A stretch of 63,945 bases of DNA, counting the filler, from Hyphochytrium catenoides (taxonomy: Eukaryota > Protista > Hyphochytriomycota), in the NCBI GenBank assembly GCA_900088475.1. It is 12 parts of 12 records of this genome, joined end to end, with 100 filler letters (N's around TTAATTAATTAA, not from the genome) between each part and the next. Parts side by side here need not be neighbours in the genome. Positions count along the whole stretch, not along the records: positions 15,517 to 25,130 come from FLMG01004542.1; positions 25,231 to 47,093 come from FLMG01000894.1; 10 more parts are not named here. One strand, 5' to 3'. This document shows, one piece after another, positions 24,550 through 39,109 of the stretch (the stretch's first letter is position 1; every line of letters starts with the position of its first letter). The notes beneath the pieces were generated by a model. It ran no database searches. It saw only the letters and a list, made by a program, of their open reading frames with translations, and was not told the DNA's origin. The translations under genes and the position numbers were made by a program.

Positions 24550-25839
24550 TGGACTGCCTGCGAGGAGCGCGGGGTGGGCCAGGGCCTGGCGCCCCGGCGC
24601 GAGTTTTGAGAAAGGCCTCTCTTTTCTTTCTAGTAGAGTTTCTATAGCTCTCCGCAGATTGTGGGGCTCTTTTGCTTCTTTCTCTCTCTCCGCCAGTCAT
24701 GTTTCCCTGACATCACGTTCTCTCGTCTCCTGTCCCTTTGTTTCCTTGAAGAGAGAGAGAGAGAGAGAGAGAGGGACACAGTCTCGTTCCCTGTCTCTTC
24801 TTCTTCTTCCGAAGGAGAGAGGGGATAACAGAAGAGAGAGACAGTAAGAGGTTCTTCCGACCTGGGAACTGAATGAACGAATGATGTGAATGTGGGGATT
24901 CCTCGAGGTCAGGAGAGGAGACAAGCGAGAGAGAGAAAGAAAAAGTGGGAGAGAGAGACAAAGAGAGAAAAAGAGGCAATCATGGGCATTGAGGCTCGAG
25001 AGTTAGCAGAATGAGAGAAACAGGGAAAAGGAGAAGAGATGGGAAGACTGAAGGGAGTAAAGGGGAAGACATAGGGCACTGTTTCTCTCTCTCTCTCTCT
25101 CTCTCTCTCCCGCGCGCTCTCTCTCCCGCGNNNNNNNNNNNNNNNNNNNNNNNNNNNNNNNNNNNNNNNNNNNNTTAATTAATTAANNNNNNNNNNNNNN
25201 NNNNNNNNNNNNNNNNNNNNNNNNNNNNNNCTATTCCTACAGTCTTAGGCCGTCTTGGTCCTTGGGTCCTGTGGATTCCGTCTAGGAGCTAATAATTTTC
25301 CACGTACCTCTCTACCCTAATAAACCATCCCGAATTAGAATAATTCTAATTTCCCACGAAAACTTGGTAGGTAGAACCTGCCTTATTATTCAATGCAGAC
25401 TTACTCCTCAGTTACTAGGAAGGAAGCGATGAAATTATCAGAGCCTTTACCTCATTGATAACTATCTCGTTGTGGCAGACTCTACCGGTAACGCGTTATT
25501 TCGAATTTGAGTTGGCGGCGAAAGGTGGAAGTGTGTTTCCTCATCATCATCACAGACGACAACGGAATGAGAACGAAGGACGGAGGACTGGGGAGCAGTG
25601 CAGATCTGCAGATGAGCACGAGCTGCGCCTCCAGACGCAGCCTATGATGATGGCTCATTGAGTCAGTCAGATATATTGCAGGGAAAGAAAGGCTCACCCT
25701 GAGATAAGTAAGTGGCTTGCCAGTCGGTGCTATAGCTTTCTTTGGCACCGCTCCTTCTGGGAGCTAGAGTGCATGGCAAAATAGCCTGTCAGAGACATCG
25801 GATACCGTCACGGAGCTGGAGGGCGGACACCAGACAAAG

Positions 25840-28800
25840 ATGGGAGCCGAGACGGAGTTCAAGATTCCCATTCATTTTGAAGACCTGGAGCTCTCAAAGC
25901 AGGACAGATTATGTGTCCACGACGTTATGTACTATTCGACGAGTGGAAAGCAAGATGCTTCTGATGCTTTGGACGGTAACAGCAGGGATCTAGAGCAACC
26001 TTTACATTGTATTTTGACACCCAAAATCTACAGGCTTGACAGAGCGCATCCTTCACAAGCGTGGAGTCCTTGATGTGGTGGTGCAAGAAAATCTTGACGT
26101 CCTCTACTCCCTCGTGAAGTAAGAGACAACACATTGACGGTTGTCATGAGAAGGCTTTGCACTGACCACATTCTTGCGCAGGAGCTTTGTTTCATTGTCG
26201 GTAGAAGCTCGAGAGCGTCTTCTGGATCTTTTCGCAAGTAGCCTCAAACTGCTCGCCGGTATAGTTAGGGAGTCCGGTGAGAGCGTTGAAGAAGCGAATT
26301 GCTATCCCCTCTTGGTTAGCCACTAAACTACCTTCCACTTGCTAATCCACGTTCTGATAGGTCAAGATTCGAAGCAAGTAGATTACTCTCTTGGAGGCGT
26401 CCGAAATGCCATCAAACTCCTAGTATACTTGGCTGCGCAGGCCCTACAGACTGGAGATAAGTGCTATCTCGACGCAGCTAAGAGCCAAACCGTGACTACC
26501 GCTGCCGCGAAGGGAAATAAGAAGGTGAATAATCACGATTCTCATGCCTTCAGCATCCTAGGCAACTGACCTTTCGCATGTCTTTGCTTCAACATAATCG
26601 CCTTACCTCTGCCCTCAACTAACTTTCCCAGACTGCAAAGGCCACGGACGAATGGTGCTCTGTATGGGAAAAGAGCTGCGGTGAGGTGCTGCGAGGTCTT
26701 CTGAAGTTGTTAGATGAGGATATATCAAGGCTATGGAGCATGGGAGTCCCCGAAGAGGTAAGCCCGTAGCTAGCGGTGTCATTACGGACGGTGGCAGAGG
26801 CGCATTTTAAAGATACTATGGCTAGTAATGTTAGGCTGTCCTCAAGCAGATAATATGCTTGAAGGGTTGAAGAAGTCAGCATTCTAGATCCGGTTGAAAG
26901 GGATCGGAATAACCCTGATTTTGCTCATGCAGGAGTTTGCTTTATTGTTCTGTCGAACCGCTGCGGCACTGCTGGAGAATGCTCAATTGGTTCGTAGCAA
27001 GATTGTCCGCGAGAATCTTTGCCAGGTATGTAATCGACTAGCATTGTCTATCACATGGCCCCAAAGCCTTGCTATGCAGAGTCTTTTTGTTGTTATACGT
27101 GCAGTCCTTCTCCACATAAACCTTCTGCGACCTTCGTGTCTGGAGTCATCGTCAGCGCATAGATCTATACCAACAGCCCTTAACTCTCGCAGGTTCTGTC
27201 GCTGTCAAGCAAGAAGTTCATCAGCATCAATTCTGTTCTCAGTTCTCTGGTGGTGGACCTCATTTCTAGCCACGAACACATGGCTGGGCCTGCGGCTGAG
27301 CTATTCCATTCCCTCAAGGACAAGTACAATGACTCACATCTTACCATGGAGGTTCTGAGGTGAGACGACGACTAGTGAACGGCCCAGGACATCCTCAAGT
27401 AGATGTATTAGTGATTTGCGGAAGGAGATCCACTTAGTGGAGTCTCCTAGCCAGTATAATATCAGTTGAGCTGAAAGGAGCGGTAGAGACACCACAAGGA
27501 TAGTGGTACCAAAAGTCCAGAGTTTTTCTTGCAGAGTTTCAATACTTTCTCTTCCACAGGGAACTGGGCGGAATCGCGCTTAGTGAAAGCTCAAAGGACA
27601 CTGGCAGGGCAAAGAATACCGGTGCATTCTTGGTGAGTCGTCCGCTGATTGAGGCTGTTTTCTTTCTGGCACCGCTAGAGTTGCACACTGACGTCTTACT
27701 CTCAACCTTCATTTATAATTCTTGCTGTCGGTCTTCTGGTTCTTCCGTCATAGGCATCAGTGTACATGATCTAACCTTCGGACTGGTCATCTTTTGAACA
27801 GGTGGAGCTGTCGAACCTCTCGCCCGCACTGGTCCTCTCTAATATCAGTCTCATACTGCCCCACTTGGATGGAGAATCCTACCACCTTCGAAGCGCTGTA
27901 GCTACTGCCATTGCCAACATTACATGCTCAGAGTTTAGAGCTCAGCGCGGTGCAGGCAGAAGGGATGAGATCCAAGGAGGGGAGGGACCAGAGCAGGAGG
28001 AAGGCAAAAGCACTCGCAATAAGACTAGAGACGCACTGCTCGACATTCTTCAGGAGAGAGCTAGAGATGTACGTGTCCAGCTGCCGCTTTCTTGGTTTTC
28101 CTTCACAGTTTCTTAGGGGCTCATGGCGATGGCGATACCTTCATTTTGAAAGCAGAAGACTGAAACATCAATCTTACGGCCTTTTGCAGGTGAACTCTTT
28201 TACTCGTGGAGCAGTCCTAAAGGCCTGGATCTCAATCTGCGAGGAGCACGCAGTCCCCCTCTCACGACTGCATAAAGTGACGGAGATAGCGATTGATCGG
28301 CTTCACGATAAGACGGTAGTAGTACGAAGAGCGGCCATGCAGGTATGAGTATACAATGTGATCCACCGTCAATAGTTCGCTCACTTTGTTTTAGCTTTTG
28401 ACCGCTCTTCTCGAGAACAATCCGTATATGGGACAATTAAATCCAGAGCCATACCTTAAAAAAGTCGAAGAGATAAAGAAGTGGCTTGAGGAGAATCAAC
28501 CCATAGAAGAAGAGGAGGATCACGAAGAGGAAGACGATGAGATGGAGGACAGGTGAGCCAATGCTATTGCTGGGCTATCAACCGTAAGATAAGGATGTCT
28601 TTCACTCTTCCTCACCATTGTGTCTCTAGCAATAGTGAAGTTTCTGCGGAGACTGCTGAGACAGGAGAGGTTATTAAGGACAAACGAGTGGCTGCACTTG
28701 AGGAAGAAGATGAGGGTGGGTCTCTCGGTTCTTACTCCGAATGGCAGGCTCGTAACTAACCTTAGCTGCGCAGAGACCCTGAGTCTTCTGGAAAAGAAAA

Positions 28801-31800
28801 TCATTGCCCAATACAAGCTTCTGGTAAGGCACAAGGAAGATCTGCCGTTCTTCTCTTTCTTTAAGGGCTCTTATCTTTTGAACTGTCCCAATTTGGGTTG
28901 GCCTAACCTATCTCTCAAGCCAACTATCTCCACTGCCCACACCACATCAATATAGCCTCTGTGTCCCTCACGTCCACCTTTGCCCTCCGTAGGAGTTTTT
29001 CTCTTCAGCCGTGAAGTTTATCCTACAAATGGAACGCGCTTTGCCAGTTGTCTGCCAGCTCCTCAAATCTCGAAGTGTCGGAGACATCGTGGACGCCATG
29101 AGGTTCGTGTCTAAGGCCTTCACTTTCAAAATTCCAAGCAGCATGGAAGCCGTCAAGAAGGTTCGTGAAGAGATAATGACTTCAACATCCTCCATCATCC
29201 TTTCAATCCGCTAGCATCAGCGCTCTCTCTCCGTAACTTGGTCAGCAGATTATCTATTTTTTTGTTTCTTTTACCTATTTTTGCTTCGCCTAATCACATG
29301 CTGTCACCATCACCGTTGCCTCTAGTCAGCATTAGCTATAGGATATAATGTTCTGGGTAGAGCTTTCTCGTTGAGGGACTTATTCTTTGATGCTACCTCG
29401 TAGATGCTGCCGCTCGCTTGGAGTTCGGAAGAGTCTGTGAAGGAAGAGCTGCTCCAGACCTTTTGGGCACTGTTTGTGGGAGACTCCGCCTCGGAAAGAA
29501 AGAAAAGAACGCGTGAACCTTACGAGGTATGCCCACATCTCTGGCAGCTACCTGCTGTCTCAACCGTCTAAACTTCGGTTGTTCGAAGTAGCTTAGTCTT
29601 GTCTTGCCATACCCATGAGAGTTGAAAGGGGGTAGGACTGTTCCATGTGCTCCACGGTATATGTGTCCTGGGCTTAGCTATGGGTTACCCTGCTTTGGAG
29701 GCATCTCATCATTTGAACTCACGATCCTATATTTAGATCGCGAAAAACCTTATAACTCTGGCGTCTGAAGCTACGGTGGCAGAATACACATGCCTAGAGC
29801 AGGTAAGATGCTAAGAATGCTTTTAATGTATTTTAAAGTGGACGTCTTGGAGCTCTCCAGCTCATAACGGTATGGCTAACTCATTCCTATCTATGTGTCC
29901 GTAAAACCAACTTGGCAGCTCATTTGCTTAATGGTGGCTACTGGCAACATCCCTGACTCGTGCATTCGTGCGCTGTGGGGCATCTTTACAAACGTAAGTC
30001 TGTTCCCTAACACTCGGAACACATTGGGATCCCAACTAAAACGAGATGTTTTGTTGCTCTTGGGTTGGTGCTCTTGTGTCACTGAATGGGCTTGACAACT
30101 TTTAGCAAGCAGGCGAAGCAAAATCCCAGTTCACGGTTGAGGAGAGAAGAGCCGCCCTATGCTTGCTGGGAATGATTGCCTCTGCCAACCCTAAAGTCAT
30201 CGATTCACCCTCCAACCTATCATCTATCTTGTAAGTTTCTCTCGCGTTATCCGTCTTCTTCTGGTGGATAGTGGCACAATTCATCTGCTTAAGCAAAAGA
30301 CCGTTAAGTTTGCGGTGCGGCTTCACTCTTAGCTCTCAGAATGACCTCATCTTGCTCTAACCCGGTGACTCATTCCAGCCCAATGTTATTGGCTTTTTTA
30401 CTGGTGAACTGTCTTACATCGTTTGGTCTGACGCTATAGATCAGTGGGTTTGGGCGCATCAGTGCAAGAGACAGGAGATTGGGAGATGGTGAAGCTTGCA
30501 GCCGTGGCCGTCCAGAGGATTGGAAATCGAAGGTCTGTCCTGCTGCTCCCCCAAATCTCTTGACTTTCTGTATCTACTTCTAGGCGATATACCCCACATG
30601 AACACATTCTCGGCGGCCTGCTCTTGTCTTACAAGTGGTTCAATCTTTTGCACATCATAGCTCGAAGTCTGAGACCAGAGACGAGGCCTTACAAAGCATC
30701 GCTGCAAGACTACAGGTGCCGAGCCCTTGTCTTTCTCGTCATTCTTAGTCCTAGGAGTCGGCTAACCTCTCTGTTTCTTAGGACTTTCTTGTGGACGGTT
30801 GGGATCCAGCGGATGAGGTTCAAAGCGCAAAACGAAACCATAAGACATGGTTAGTGTCATGTTCCTGACCTTCAATCTACCTTTACCGCGGCAATTCCCT
30901 TGTCCCTTGAAAGCTGAAAGTGTTCCTTGGGATAGGCTACCCGCAGCAGAGCAGGCACTTAGTGCCCTATTCGTGCTTGCGCCGAACCCTGAGGTCATTG
31001 TTGAAGATATTGTAAAGGCTATGACGGCGAGGACCCTTCTATCTCCATCGTCAACCGCATTTGGCATGTCCAAGCTGCTTTTCGTGGTTGGCCACAGCGC
31101 ACTTAAGATGCTGGTACACACCGAACAGCTTGCCTCTGAGGTAATACCTCCATTCCTCACGCCTGAGAAGTCCTTCTACGTCGTCGTTTGGACCTCTAAT
31201 TCTACATGGTTTGCTAGGTGAAGACTCTCCGTTCGTCTCGTAGCGAGAGAAAAGAAGCTCCAGGAAAGAAGGGACAGAAAGAAAGTACAGACTTAGAAGA
31301 GGAATTAGGCGTCTCCGCTGAGGCTGAAGCTGAGGAGGATGCCTTCCTTTATGATGTGTGCAACAGGGATATTGTTGGGAGGTAGGCAAACCATGTTCAA
31401 ATCATCCCTTCCGTTAGGTCTGACCGCCTCACACAGCCTTCTCTATTCTAAGACTCAGGTGCTCTAACTCTAGTCAGAGTACACTTTTCAGTATTTCTAC
31501 TCGCTTTTGCTAAGAATGGCTTGGTATTTCCACCTGCGTCTGGCTCTGATGTCAATTTGCGTTATGCTGTAGGAATCTTCTTGGGGCCTTCCTACCTCTT
31601 ATCGTTCGCATTGTCGGCAATGAGGGAGGGAAATATGGCAACCTTCTCCTCAGGGAATGCGCCGTTCTTGCTCTCTGCAAGTTCACCTGTATTTCTCATG
31701 ATGTGTGTGAGAAAAACCTCCCACTCTTATTTACTATGCTAAGAGAAGCGCCCGAGTCCTCGGTAAGCCTCTCACTTACTAACTCTCAGCTATTATGCTA

Positions 31801-34095
31801 CGGCCATCGGACACCTTCCTCGATTACCCTGGTTGAGTGCCTGCAATGCATGGGGCAGTTTCCTTTCGCAGGCTGCTATGCTTATAACCTTAGATCTCAA
31901 TTCAGATTTATGTGTGAATCTTTCTCCACTTATGTAGTGCACTCAATGCTTGCATTGCTTGCCTGTTGGTCAGATTCGGGCCAATGTCATTGTGGCAATG
32001 GGAGACCTCGCCTTTCGCTTCCCCAATCTGGTGGAACCCTTCACGTCTCATCTTTACGCGGCCCTGAGGGACCCTGAGCTCCAAGTCAGAAAGAACACCT
32101 TGATGGTGCTTACGCATCTTATCCTCAATGACATGATCAAGGTCAAGGGCCAGGTAATAATAAACGATGGACGGGGCAGCGAGAGACTAACCCTGGCACA
32201 GGGTAGAGACTTTTCGACGAGCAAGGACATTCAGAACACAAGGTTTAAGAGAGGACGAGAGAAAGAGTAGGAGAGGTTTTTGAACTCAGAGCAGCCCTTA
32301 CCCTACTGCACCTACGATCCCCTCTTCTTGACGATGCTTCCCTTCAGGTGAGCGAGATCGCCCTTTGCATGGAAGATAAGGATCAGCGCATCCGCGACCT
32401 TTCCGCCCTCTTCTTCACCGAGCTCAGTAAGAGAGGCAACAACCCGATCTATAACATACTTCCCGATACGATTGGCAGGCTTTCCGCAAGGTAAGCGCTT
32501 CTGTCAACTCAAACTTCAGCTTAGTTGAAGAGGTCGGATAGGAGAAGACCTATAACCTTCAGAAATTAGTTCTTGCGTCACAGCGAGCGCCTTTAGAAAA
32601 GAGACAGCGAAACAGAATAGAGAGGGCGAGCATGTAGAGTAGCAGATATCTAGGGCTGTGGGCAAGGAAGGCTTTTAGGCTTTTTCAATTAACTTGGTGC
32701 GCATCGGTCCCCGAATGCAGTGATGAGGTCCAACCGGAGACGTTTAAGACTGTAACTCGGTTCCTTCTCACCTTTATCAAGAAGGAGAAGCATCTCGACA
32801 GCCTAGGTAAGGTCGTATGGGCGAGCTTATCCCACTCAGATCGTTAGTCCTTTCTCTCTCTAACAACGTCCTCACCCCCTATCCATCTTGCTTCTTCCTC
32901 CACCGCTCTCTCTCTGACTGCTTTGGCTATCTGCTGCACACTCACTTAATTTGCCCCTATTTCTGATCTTGCCACGGCACCTTGAAGTTGAGAAGCTCTG
33001 CCATCGATTCCCGAATTGCACTTCCACACAGCAGTGCAGAGACTTGTCATTCTGTCTTTCCCAGCTCTCGGTCAACGAACGGACTATAAGCAAACTCAAC
33101 GAGCTTCTTCCGCTCTATAAGAATCACCTCCATGACGAAGAGGTTTATGGATACTTCTCAATTATAGCGCAGAAGGTAGGGATCTTAGAGCGAGGCGCCA
33201 GCAGTTTTTAAGGAGGGATATGTGGAAGAGCAAGTTGAAAAGCAATGCAGCGAGAGCGCATCACGCGAAGTTCGCTATGGCATACCCTACCTCCTAACGT
33301 TTCCCTGATTGCAGGGCAAGAAACTCACGAAGGATGGGAAGGGCATTGGAGAGGAATGGGAGGCCAAGCTGGAGGCACTACGAACGGCAGATGTATTACT
33401 TCTCTCTTTCAACGTCACATCCACCCTAATGTCCAGCAGCCTCCTCTTAGCTTTACCTTAGTCGTTTGTTGAGCCAGACCGATTGCGTTAGAACTTCACG
33501 AACTAATGGCTGCATTGCCCAGGGTACCACGGACATTAGCCTGACTTTGTCGAAGGCAACCAAGCCTGTCAAGGGAAAGTCCCTTCGCCGTCTGATGAAG
33601 TACGTACCTGCTTGGAAAACTAACATTCCGCAGATCTTCTTGGCTTTTCTTTCGTCGTTGTTACGCCTGTAGTTTTAGTATATGCTCAATGCGCTGAGGT
33701 ACTCTCTTTGACCTGCAGGAAGCAGCTTAAGATCGAAGAAGAGAACGAGGGAGAATCACCGGTGAAAGTCAAGAGGCAGACTGTTCAAAGGTCTCGGTAA
33801 GTATGCAGTGTGTATGCTGCCTTTGCGCTTTCAGTGACGTGTTAGACGTCTCTTTCTCTTTAACACTCCACCACCCTATGTTGCCCTCTGATGCTTGACT
33901 AGGAGGCCTAGGAAGCCTGCGGTCGAATCAAGCAGCGAGGATGACGAAGATGAAGAAAAGGACAAGGAGAACACCCCTGTAAGGCCCCAAAGAACCCAAG
34001 CTGTGGGGAACAGAAGAGGAAAGAAAGTGGAGTCTTCCTCAGAGGAGGAGAGTGATAGCAGCTTGGACTCTCTGGAGGTTTCTGATGATGAGTGA
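25840..34095 (+). CDS. NCAPD2: Condensin I subunit CAP-D2/Cnd1, about 32 exons
   Basis: Motifs LDGESYHLRSAV, ERARDVNSFTRGAVLKAW, DRLHDKTVVVRRAAMQLL, IRANVIVAMGDLAFRFPNLVEPFT, VRKNTLMVLTHLILNDMIKVKGQ, NPIYNILPD, VEKLCHRF. Exons join in frame via GT-AG introns from ATG 25840 to TGA 34095. Confidence 0.96.
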
Positions 34096-34641
34096 TGACT
34101 CTCTACTGCTCATGGGTCCACCACCCTTCTTCAGTGTGTTGCTCTTTGACGCATTCGTAAGTCATCTCTCTCTCTCTCTCTCTCTTCGTACCTGCCTGAA
34201 GTGGCTGGGACGGAAGAGGAAAAAGTCTCTACTCTCACATCTCCTGATACGATAATATGAGAAAACAAAAGGAAGTTCGCGCGCGTTGTAGCTATGCTTC
34301 CTCCGTAATCCTTCCCTGTCTTGATCACGTAAACCAACTGTGCCTTTTGCTCCACCCTCTAAAGTGTAGACAAGTTAGGAGGCAGAGGTCAGCATCTAAA
34401 NNNNNNNNNNNNNNNNNNNNNNNNNNNNNNNNNNNNNNNNNNNNNNNNNNNNNNNNNNNNNNNNNNNNNNNNNNNNNNNNNNNNNNNNNNNNNNNNNNNN
34501 NNNNNNNNNNNNNNNNNNNNNTCTCTAATCCCTGTCTTCATAAAGAAGAAGACCGTCAACAGTCTAGCTGGATATGGGTCCGAAGAGGTCAGCACCCTAA
34601 GTGAGACATCTGCACTGATACAGTTGCCCTCTTGTCGACCA

Positions 34642-37600
34642 CTACAGCTTAGCCCTAAGAGGCTGATCCTCCTGAGGAAAGAGTCTGGCGATGATAGGCG
34701 CGTACTTCTCGTTGACCACCCTTCTCTTCAGCTTCATTGTAGCGGTGAGCTCGCCACCAGCCACAGTGAAGTCTGATGATAGAAGCTCCCACTTGCGGAC
34801 CTGCTGGGCGTTTGATATTGCTTTCTTGTTGCTACGGCCTACAGCCTCCTCAATTTTCTAAAAAGATGCGCAAGGCAAAGGACGAGAGGTGAGAGGATGG
34901 CTCTTAGCGGACGAATGGACTCTTTCCAGCTGACGTCATTAACGTTAACAAGAGGTGTGAATATTGACAAGCTGGAAAGGGAACAGAAAGCGAGATAAGA
35001 CGGTCTGAGCGGGCAAAGAAAGGACCCAAGAAAGAGGAGAAAGAAGAAAGATGCCTATAAGAAGGGTCAAGATAGGGAAGCGGAAGCGTACCGCGCGGAC
35101 TTTCGGGCACTTGATGGCCTCTGAAATGGTAGAGGCAGTGCTGCCTGCTTCTTGAACTAAAACTGCAGTTGGTGCTGCAGGTAGAAATGAGGCAGTTGGA
35201 CGCCAAGTCAGCTTCCAAAGGTTGCACTGAACCCCTTTAAAAGTCTCTCTTTCCGCAGCTCCATTCGATTAAGTCTAAAAGACTTATGGCAGTTTGGTTC
35301 AGGACTACTCCCTCCTCTTCTACAGCCTTCAGTCTCTTCTTCAGCCTTCTCCCTCCAAAAGCTCGCAGTCATTCTCAATATACCGCTGTCTCTGTGCCTG
35401 TATTTGGGCTTCATCGTCCTCTAGCTGTCGATACGTTAACTCTTCTTTCCTTCTGTCTGTCCATCCTCTTCCCTGGGATCTATTCCTTGTCATCTTGTTA
35501 CCTACCGGCAAATTTGTTGGTTGGCTGACCTTCCGCATCAGGCTCTGACTTTAGTGTGAGAAGAGCGGCAAGGTACTTCTGCTTGTCTCCAAGCACTACG
35601 GCGTTACTAATGGCCGCACATTCTGCTTTCAGAGCATCCTCTATGAGTACCGGGGGAATGTTCTCGCCTCCAGCAGTGATGATCAGCTCTTTGATTCGGC
35701 CTGTGATCTTCAAGAAGCCGTCTGAGTCTTTTTTGCCCAAATCTCCGGAGTGCAGGTAGCCATCAGAGTCGATTGTGGAGGCAGTTGCCTCAGGATTATA
35801 GAGATAGCCCATGAAGACGTGTCTCCCTTTCATGCAGATTTCTCCGTTCCCTTCCTTGTCAATGTTGTCCAGCTTTGTCTCCATCTCTGGGTATTCCTGA
35901 CCCACGGTTCCCAAGCGGGCCCTAGGAGATAAGAGAATTGAGATCATCCCAGGATCTGGCCTGAAGGTGCTCATGAAGAGGGTACCTTCTAGGTCCTGGC
36001 AGGTTCACGGTGTGCGGCCCTGTACTCTCACTCATACCGTACACCTCATAGACAGGAATATTTAGCGAGTAGAAGTACTCCAGGGTGTTGGTGCTGATGG
36101 GCGCCGCCCCTAGAGACCGAAAAAGAAGACCAGGGATGGGAACAGCGATGAGAACTTTAAGCTATGTATAGCTCTGGGAGGTAATGCAGAGATGAAACTT
36201 CAGTAAGCCAGAGAAGGGAACAGAGGGATCAAAGACCAGCTTCGGCGGAGAATGTTGGACATTGCGCGCTGCTACTCTCAGTACCGGTGGCATAACCTAA
36301 AGAGCTTACCGCTGAAGTTGAGAATGCTGCGATCAAGTCCAATGGCCTTCTTGATGTTCTGGAACACTACGCGGTCAGCGACCCCCCAGCCCCATGGAAG
36401 GTCTTTTCCTTCAATAATCGCCATGTTCCCTGAGAGCCCGACTCCCTTGGCCCAATCACCAAGAGATTTTCTATCAAAGGATGGAAAGGACAGAGGTGAT
36501 GAGAAGGCGTGAGTGGAGAAAGTGCGAGCCATGACTGACAGTTCTGAGAGGCGCTGCGCGCAATGCAGAGAGAAGGGACGTCGCTACCCCTTAAGCGGGC
36601 TCGAAAGAGATTAATGAGAATCAAAGGAACTAAGCGCGTTCTCTTCTCATCTTCTTACTTGATGCCTGAGTTCTGTGCTCCCACTTCCTTCAGTTTATCC
36701 TCGAACTGGAGCACGTAATTGTTAGCTCACAGAGCTAATACCATTCCTATGCGTATCTCCTTCTCCCATACCTTCTCCCAGACTCTTGGAACTCCAAAGA
36801 AGTAATGCGGCCGAACCTCTCGCAGTGTCTCCACCAAAGAGCCCTTCAACGCGTCGGGCCGGGCAAAGTAAATGGTGCCGCCCAGCAGCATAGGCACTGC
36901 ATAGATCAGAGGGTTAGATGCCATTCTAGAGAGGAATCTTGAGGGACATGCGCATCACACTGACAAGGAAAGACAGTCTGCTTGATATAGGATACATTTC
37001 AAAGGTATCCACTAACATAGTCTCCTTCCTACCATATAGATCTACTTGCTGTGCCGCGATGTGGCTGAGGGGAAGATAGGATACTACCGTCATCGGCTCT
37101 GGTGTGATAGTTGTGCTCTGACGAAAAGAGAAAGAGATCATTTTTAAAGGCGAAGTGTAGGGCTGAAGACCGTGGAGGGAGGAAGCAACCAACGGAGAGC
37201 GTCACAATGCCAAAAGGACTGCCTTAATAAGAAAGGTATGTTGATGCCGATCTTACATTGAGGCAGTGAGAGGCGATTGATAGCGATGTCCAGGTAATGT
37301 TGTCATGGCCTATGAACGAAGACGAGGACGATGAGAACGACAAAGGGGGTGTTGATAAGAGTCTAGTTCTGTCCCATCAATGTTACCCTTAACCAGTCGT
37401 TATTGCCTTTCCAAGGAAAGGTTAGTGTTACTCAGCAACAAGTTACAAGGAACTTACTCAGCATTACGCCCTTTGGATTCCCTGTAGTGCCTGAAGTGTA
37501 GATGACGCCAGCGCACTGGCCAGGCAACTGCGCTCTGATTCGGTCCTAAGAGAGGAACAGAGAGGAAGACTCGAACCTTAGGCCACAGCATGTAAGCAGA

Positions 37601-39109
37601 AGAAAGAATGGGAAGGAGGGCGGAGGAAAACAGCTACCTCAAGAGCCTTTTCGGCTGTCTTGTTAGCAAGCGCAAGGAACTGTTTCCAGCTATAAACAGC
37701 AGGATCCTTGACCTTAGGCTCCCCCACGTACTGAACAATAGCCTTTAGATGAGGGCATTGGCTGCGGACTAGATAACAAGGATGTCAGGCAACAGCATGG
37801 AGATGAAGACAACACAAATGAGGCATCAGACTGCGACCAGCCACGATGTACGGCCCAGAGATATCTCGACAAAACAGCTGGTGAAGGACACATGTATGCC
37901 ACTTTTACCCTGAATTATCTTCTGAAGTTGCGAATCGTCCTCTACCACGCAGACAACCGATTTGCTGTGCTCGAGGATGTATTGGCATGCCTCTGGGCCG
38001 TTGGTAGTATCTAAACATTGTGCAAACATGAAGAGAAAGCCCAGATAGAATGGTAAGGCTGCTGGACGACCACAGACCAAGAGTCACTCTAGCTACAGTC
38101 CAAGTTAAGATCATTAAAGAGACTAGGAGAAGCGTTAGGGGATATACGTTGAAATGAAGGCAAGCAAGTTCTTGGAAGACCTGCGAGTAGGTCAGGAAGG
38201 GCCAGCTTATAGATAAATAATAGAGCCAAGAAAAGAGAGAACTCAAGAGAAATGAAGCGAAAGGTAACGTACACATTCCGCAAGCAATGCCTCCCGCGAA
38301 GATAGTACCAACGTTTGCCAGTACCCACTGCGGAGTGACCGAGGGCTCGTCAATCAACTGCTCAGGCTTCATATCCTCTCACTACCGTGCTTCACTATGC
38401 GTCACCCTTGTTCGCCGTTCGGTCCAGCCGATGCCCTTTCCATTCGACAACTATCGACCTCTTTCTCTCTCCGTTTTCGCTCCTCTTGCTAAGCTACCGC
38501 CTGTACCCACCTCAGGAGCGTTGAAGCCGATGATTGAGACTCCAAGATGGGGCTCCAGTCCTACTGCGATGGCTGCACGGGCAAACTTTCTAACATCATC
38601 CAAATAGTCGCGGTAGGTCCAGCTCTTCCACTTGCCCAAGGGCCGCTGAACCATCATCGCAGGTCTGTCAGGCACTTGGCTGTCCACATGCCAGAAGCTC
38701 AGTCAATAGTTGACGGTTGCAAGCATGAGATTGCGATAGCAATGGAACCGTATCAAAGAAGCATAGCTGAGGGTCAATGTCCTAGTCTGAAAGAAGCATA
38801 GCTTCACAATGACGGAGCCCATGACACCTACCGGACGGTGGACTCCAACCGCTCAATGACGGTCATTGGAGGCACAGATCCAATTGTTCCTGGCTTCAGA
38901 TTGACCTGATACAGTTGAGCAACAGAAGCCGGAGGAGCAGATGCCACTGAGTATACAAGGCGTATAGCGTGAGAGGACCCGACTCTCACCCTAATAGGCA
39001 GCTCAATGGCGGGATCGCTTGTCCAAAGCACATTCTGCCCAGGATATTGCAGCGGCTGAGCAACCTCTTTGAGGCGCTTAAGGGTAAGCATAGCCGTATC
39101 ATTCGCCAT
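34642..39109 (-). CDS. ACSBG: Long-chain acyl-CoA synthetase, bubblegum (ACSBG) type, about 16 exons, with C-terminal PTS1 (AKL)
   Basis: AMP-binding IYTSGTTGNPKGVMLSHDNITWT; SYLPLSHIAAQ; YEVYGMSESTGPH; YLHSGDLG; ITGRIKELIITAGGENIPP; GELTATMKLKR...PLRAKL-stop. Probable 5'UTR intron at about 39232-39164. Confidence 0.95.
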
